Positions 58,047 through 64,000 of a stretch of DNA of 64,000 nucleotides are shown here, piece after piece (positions within the stretch are counted from its first letter, which is position 1; every line of letters begins with the position of its first letter). Under the pieces are notes generated by a model. That model searched no databases. It saw nothing but the letters and a program-made list of their open reading frames with translations, and was not told the origin of the DNA. The DNA lies in NCBI GenBank assembly GCA_001655205.1, contig LPNZ01010514.1:1-64000 (forward strand). Reading direction: 5' to 3'. The position numbers and the translations under genes were made by a program. Source of the stretch: Lenisia limosa. Lineage: Eukaryota; Protista; Breviatea.

Positions 58047-61000
58047 TTAGAGGATTGTGCACACCTTGCTTCCTCCCTTCTTTTTCTCCTTCTTAGCCGG
58101 GGCTGGTGCAGGTTCTTCCTTCGCCTAAAAGGGTTGGAAATTGATGCACACCCTAAAAAAGCCAACAAAACACCCCAAACGGCTGGTTCTGGCTCGGGAG
58201 CTGGAGTGGCGTCGGGGTTCCCTGGAGTTTGGTTAGAAACTTCACAACATGATGGCAGGTATCATCTAAGCATACCTGGCGTTTCTTTTTCGGCCTTTTC
58301 TTCCTTGGGCTCCTTTTTGGACTCTTCTTTCACTTCTTCCTTCTCCTCTTCTTTCTCTACTTTATTCTCTTCAACCACCTTCTCTTCTTCTTTTATTGCC
58401 TCTTCTTTCACTTCCTCCTTCTTTTCTTCTTTCTTCTCTTTCACTTCTTTCTTCTCTTCAGTTTTCGGAGATTCCTCCTTGGGCTTGTCCTCTTCCACCT
58501 AAGGAGTAAACAAACTCATAGTCTCATAACCAGAACACCCAAGGCTTACGACTACGGCGGCGGCAATAACCTTGGGGGCAGGCTTCGGAGGTGTCGGCAC
58601 ACCCCAAACCTGCAATGTAAGCCATGGCAACTCTAATTGCTTCAAAAACATTTCAGCCAAAAGTATCCAACAAAGCCACATCGCACCTCAATTGAAAGTG
58701 CTTCAGACTCGAGGTAAGTGACAAGGTCGTCGGACACATGAACGTTGGAGTATCTCTTCTCAAATTGGAACAAATGGTTGACACCCACTCTCTCCACCTG
58801 GAGGTTATTGAATATTAGAAAGAGACTTGGAATGAAATGTCATGGTTTTTTCCCACTGTTTGAGTCTGTTCGTACTTTTCATCAAGGTAGAACTTGTACT
58901 TGCAGAACGCCTAGTGCAATGAAAATGTAGAAATGAAGCAACGCCTTACAAGATATCATCTCTATTAGCTTTCGGCACGTCACAAACCTTGTTGGTGAGG
59001 GAATTTGGAATTCCTCTCGCCTGGTCAATTTTGACAATAAAGTCAATTTGCGTACCAGGTTCAGCCCAGGTCTCGTCATCAACATCCTAAAGAGGAATAA
59101 GGATCATAACATCCTAAAGAGGCATAACGTTCTAAAGGGATAATATAAACAGTCCACAGGAGGTCCCTCAGCCTGTACCCACTTCAGTGTCACCGTCAGG
59201 TGTGCATGGCCACACTTCAACCACAATGTCTCCAACTGATTTGCCCGAATAATCTACCACCGGTGTCCAGAGCCCCTCAATCTCAACCTATAACATTAGG
59301 CCTATTTGAAAACTGTTAGCGGCAAATGATGGAACAAAAAGGGAAGAAACAGCTTACGCAGTTGAAAAGAGGCTCAAGGAAGACGTGGGCAATACCAAGC
59401 ATTTGCTCCTGAATAGATGAGCGCCTACTCTACCCATGGAAAAGAAATCTAATGTCATATTTCGAAGGTTATATGCAGGGCTTCTCTGCGGTTCCGAAAA
59501 AGACTGAATTTCTCGATAAATCCTCGATATACTACATGTATATTGACATTTTATAGGGTCTTTTTGGAACTGTAAGGAAGTCCCAATGAATGAGACAATT
59601 GCTGAAATCTACCATACCTGAGGGGGGTCATAGAAGGGGTCATTCTCCTCAGTCACGTCAATCTACGATGCGATGTTAGAGGGGTTTATGAAGCGATAGG
59701 ACAAAGCCTTCCATGTATCATGTTTATAAAGGAATTTGATGATAGTGTGACAGTTTGAAAAGATTGCCATGAATGAATATGACAAACCTGTCCGAATTGG
59801 AGGTACTCAGAGTATTGTTCACGAATGATGTAAACTCTGTTGGTGAACTTATCTACGTCCCAAACATGAGAGGCGCCCTAGAGGGTCAGATGGAGTCAAC
59901 TAACATCTGATGAAGACAGCAAAATACGATATTCTTTGAGAACAGAGTAACTGGCAAAAGTGCCCATAGAATGACGTTACCCCCTCTCCCCACATCCATA
60001 TCCACGGCAATGGCCACTTGTGTTTTGCGGTGTTTGGCCCCGGCAGAGGTGAAGTCAGTTAACATTCGGAGGGAAAACTTCGTAGTCTTTCCAAGTTCGT
60101 CACCTGGGTTATGAACATACAGGCAATATCATCTGATATGATACGGGGATTAACAATGTCAACTCATTTGACCGAATATCCAGAGCAAAGCAAAACAGAT
60201 CAAATGCAAAGACTATACACCGGTCACCAACCGATCGCGTTTGCTTCATTAACAAGGGGAATGACTCGCATAAGATCGTCCTCCAACACCATCATTTCCC
60301 TCTTATGGCTCTCGTAGCCCTCCGCCTCGTCCTTCAGCATCGTAACGGCTTGCTGTTTTGTGAGTTGTTTCACTTGGCCGTCCACAAAACAAACCTGCAT
60401 TTTTGAGCACTTAGTGTCATATTCAGTTTTGTAGGTATCTAACTCGACCCCTGTAAGCTTCGCCATCTAAACAGTTACAAGCTACTGAAGTGTAGCAAAA
60501 CTATTGGTCAACGTTTCATTTCATATTACAATTCATAGCAAAGCAGTATGAACGCTGACATTAACGAACCTCCATTTGGCCCTTCGTACGGTACTCTTGA
60601 AGGGATGATTCCAGGCCAGTTACCTAAGGTAGTAAAGACGGTAATTCCAGGCTAATCCGGTCACTAATCGCTAACCTTAATCTCCAATTCTCTCATTTTT
60701 GGGTCGTCCGCAATTTGTTTCAAACTCTGTAACAGTTAGACATGAAATAACCTGACACCCCACCCCCNNNNNNNNNNNNNNNNNNNNNNNNNNNNNNNNN
60801 NNNNNNNNNNNNNNNNNNNNNNNNNNNNNNNNNNNNNNNNNNNNNNNNNNNNNNNNNNNNNNNNNNNNNNNNNNNNNNNNNNNNNNNNNNNNNNNNNTCG
60901 AAATCGAAAACTTGTCCGGGGGCAATAAGACTGTTTGGTTAGGCAGAAACTAATTGCAGAGTATTCATGTTAGAAGCCAAGGAATATAACACTGAAATAT

Positions 61001-64000
61001 CATCAAATCTGCTACCAACCAGTCAGGATTCTCAAGAGCTTCCTGCTCTTCTTTTTCCCTCAGAATACGAGCCTCTTCCTGGCAGTTGTCAGAAAATTCA
61101 AAAACTTCTATTTGCATTGATACCCATATATAGTGCCCCCCACAGGGTCGATATACTTGAAGAAGTGGTTGTTGCCGAAGACGATACGCGACTGGTGGAC
61201 CAAATCCTGCTCCGTCAAAATGCGTTCTCCGTTCAGCCACACCGGGGCGTCCTCTGAGGGTGATAAGCACTTCGTCGCAAGATCAGCGTAGTCAAATTTG
61301 TAGAAATGAAGTCTCAAGACAAAGATATCAATGTCTCCCCGATCCCCCCCACCACAAGGCACAATTTTGGCCGGGCCGGACCCGGTCCATGTGATACTAG
61401 CGTGGTCTTTTCGGATATTGAGTCCGCTTAACACAATATCGTTCGGCTCTTCTGCGTCATTTCTGCCAACTCGTGTAGTGCCTTCCTAATGTGGTAAGTC
61501 AGCATTGTTGGTCTCAGCCGAACCTTGATGGCGAAGAATATCATTCCACTGAGCATGGCATCTTCGTTGAGATTGGCGAGATGCGGTTTTGTCTTGTCAA
61601 GAGACGCTCCTGCTCCTCCCATCTTGTTGAGCGATGTTGACTGCTCCTCAGCTATCGTGTCAGACACAGATTACAGGACTGTTTCATTGTGTTCAACCTT
61701 ACCTTTCATTTTTGATTCTGCCAATTTCTCTTCAAACGATTTTTGGAGTTCAGCCATTTCCTTTGGGGTCAGGTCAAAATCCAAGCAATTGCAATTGCGA
61801 TAAAGCTGGCCACGTTTCTACCTTTTGTCTCTGCTCGAGCTCTTGGTTCATTTCCTCGATTTCTGCAAGGTCAAACACTCAAAGATGTATAGCGTCATGT
61901 CAATATGCTGACCACCACCCACTGGCTTGAGCCTCATTTGAGATACCGGCAGCAGGGGCGGACCCATCTCCTGCAGCTCCGTCGGGAATAGGGCCTCCTA
62001 AGAGGGCAGCACGAAGCTTCTCAACTTCTTCACGCAGTTCTCTGATGAGCTTATCATTGGGCGACTCATTGACAACAGCCTTGTTCTTAATCTGCTTTGC
62101 TCTATCAGCATATCTGCGGGGGGGGGGGTTAAGAAAGATATTGATCCAATATAATATGACATTATTCTCTGATCAAATAAACCACTGAGCTGAACTGACC
62201 TGAGAGTAGAGAGTGTTTCTTCATAGTTGATATCGGCAGGGGAAAGAGCGGCAATCATAATGGTCTTGGCGTTACCTCCCAAAGACTCTTGGAGCAGTCT
62301 AGAATGTTACCATATTGAGACAAGAAAGGTGAGGCAAACCTGGTCAAAGTAGAATCACGGTATGGGATAACTGCTCCTTTTTTGTTTTCCACAAGTGCTA
62401 AAAGGGGTTAGCAAATTGCATGTTTTCTTGTGAATTATCACTCAAAGCCCTTCGCACAGTTAATAACGTTTCCAAGAGCAGAGAGGGACTTGTTGATCGC
62501 AGCACCTTCCTGAACAGAAATAAGCGTACGAATTAGCACAAACATGACATAATTTGGGTAGTCAACACACATTAGCAATTCCATTCACAAACCTTGAGAC
62601 GGTCACCCGTGGCTCCCGTGGATCCGGCTCTCTCTGAGCCGGCCAGATCGATCAGGTTGATCTTCGATACTGTGTCACTGGCAGTTCCGGCAGCCAGGTC
62701 TTTCTGGATGTAAGATGTACAAAAAGCGAAAAGAAGATACAAAGTGGACTGTGTAATCAACGAGCCACTTACCTTGGTTTGTTTGAAGTAGATTGAGAAT
62801 ACGGAATGGCCGCGCGATGACGTGGCGTTCATGTTCGTTGCCGCAATCTAAAATGTCAGCGATATGTTTTTTCTATAGCCCTAGATTTTAATTTCATGTA
62901 TATTTCTGGCTCTCAAAAAAGCACAGTGTTAATAGTGAAATGTAAGGCTCACAGTTCTGTTTGCAGTTCCCATTTCCATGTAGTTGTCGACTTCCTCATA
63001 GGATTGACAGGCAAATCTGAAGGTAAGTGGTTGGGTACATGGGACTGCTCATTAATTACTCTCATATACTCTAAAATATATAGTTATGACGGCCAATCTA
63101 TAGATACGACGGGACAATCTATAGTTATGACGGGTCAAGTCAATTTATCAGTCACTACTCCTGAGACGGTCCAAAAGAAATTCAGAACCACAAACTTGGT
63201 TAAACTGTCCACATAGATTCCCTGGGCTTTAGAAGATCTAAACTGTCACAAGAACACGGGGTGTCAGAACAAAAAAAATACAAAATAATACAGTCCTAAC
63301 CTGATTTTGAGGGTTTTCTCCTTCTGTTTAGGGTTGAAGAGATCTCGAATATTCTCATTATAAATCTCAAGGAAGGAAATTTCAACCTTAGGTGTTAGAA
63401 AAGCTGAGAAGGAATCAAATGTATCTCTACACTCATAACAAAATATTTTTCACTGATTACTTGGGCGTTTTGTAGTCCGTTACATCACAAAAGACTGAAT
63501 TTCTTGACAATCCTTAACAATATTGAGACCACCGACCTGAAACGTGGTGTTCTCGTCATCGTTAGCAGAAATGCGTTTGAAGAGTTCCGCGCATCCCAAC
63601 GGGATCACTCCTTTGTCTTCTCCATAGCCAACCTAGAGAGTCAACTGAGTCCTATCCTCTAAGAATAATTAATTTGAACTGTCCACTCGTCACCATTGAA
63701 TACGACTTCCCGGCACCGGTTTGTCCGTAGGCAAAAAGAGAACAGTTGTAACCTGCACAATGAAAAATTGAATAATCAACTCTTTTCATGCCTCTTGCAG
63801 CACCAACCTTTCCAAGCATTCTCCAAATAGAAGACTCCCAAATCATCAAACACTGCCTAGGGAGTCGTAAGAAAACTTGGATTAACGACTGAATAAGATT
63901 GAAAGACAAGGTCTCATGTTAGAAAGGAAGGCATCAATTACAGATATTAAAAAATGACTGACTTACTTGTTGCCCGTCGTATTCACGAGTTTCCTTGTCA
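58047..64000 (-). CDS. Kinesin-3 family motor (KIF28/KLP-6-like): motor, FHA, C2-like region, acidic tail, polybasic-CAAX C-terminus; 5' end lies beyond the window end
   Basis: P-loop [14 protein letters not shown], switch [96 protein letters not shown] segment [14 protein letters not shown]...[16 protein letters not shown]. The last exon reads ...[15 protein letters not shown]. Confidence 0.92.
59081..59140. repeat. Duplicated/triplicated 3' splice site in the kinesin gene
   Basis: aacatcctaaagagg starts at 59081 and 59108, and a degenerate aacgttctaaaggg starts at 59126. Confidence 0.88.
63078..63135. repeat. Intronic tandem repeat of about 20 bp (3 degenerate copies) in the kinesin gene
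   Basis: tatagttatgacggccaatc / tatagatacgacgggacaatc / tatagttatgacggg. Confidence 0.8.

Noticed and set aside
869-60897. G/C homopolymers abutting most N gaps as a biological signal
   Set aside because: Best explained by short-read dropout at poly-G/C tracts. Gap lengths are estimates, so nothing was inferred from the gap contents.
1-64000. Genome-wide stop-codon reassignment
   Set aside because: The conserved genes (XPD, DDX54, kinesin) translate in the standard code without in-frame stops where I reconstructed them once introns were removed, and TAA, TAG and TGA each terminate at least one gene model.
1-64000. Introner or transposon-derived intron family
   Set aside because: No two introns share extended sequence similarity or terminal inverted repeats, and no transposase or reverse transcriptase ORF is present.

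Overview
Gene-dense eukaryotic genomic DNA from a protist, probably an amoebozoan (inference from gene content only). It has many short GT-AG introns, uses the standard genetic code, and contains seven N gaps. Spliced models were built by hand, so exon boundaries are approximate. About 13 protein-coding genes can be reconstructed, in order: an ankyrin/coiled-coil RasGEF (-, runs off the left edge); an uncharacterised protein (+); a PRELI/Ups protein with a LEA-like tail (-); an unresolved multi-exon gene (-); a multi-TM protein with a SPRY-like segment (+); a nearly intron-free secreted Stig1-like Cys-repeat protein (-); XPD/ERCC2 (+); a divergent actin-related protein (+); a large receptor-like membrane protein (-); an HRD1-like RING-H2 ligase (+); an SLX4-like scaffold with three UBZ4 fingers (-); DDX54/Dbp10 (+); and a KIF28/KLP-6-like kinesin-3 ending in a polybasic-CAAX tail (-, starts beyond the right edge). 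No rRNA, tRNA, CRISPR array or transposon is supported. The most striking unexplained pattern is at least eight short (18-40 bp) tandem duplications lying across splice junctions in six genes. In each, the spare copy has either lost its GT/AG or would cause a frameshift or premature stop if used.
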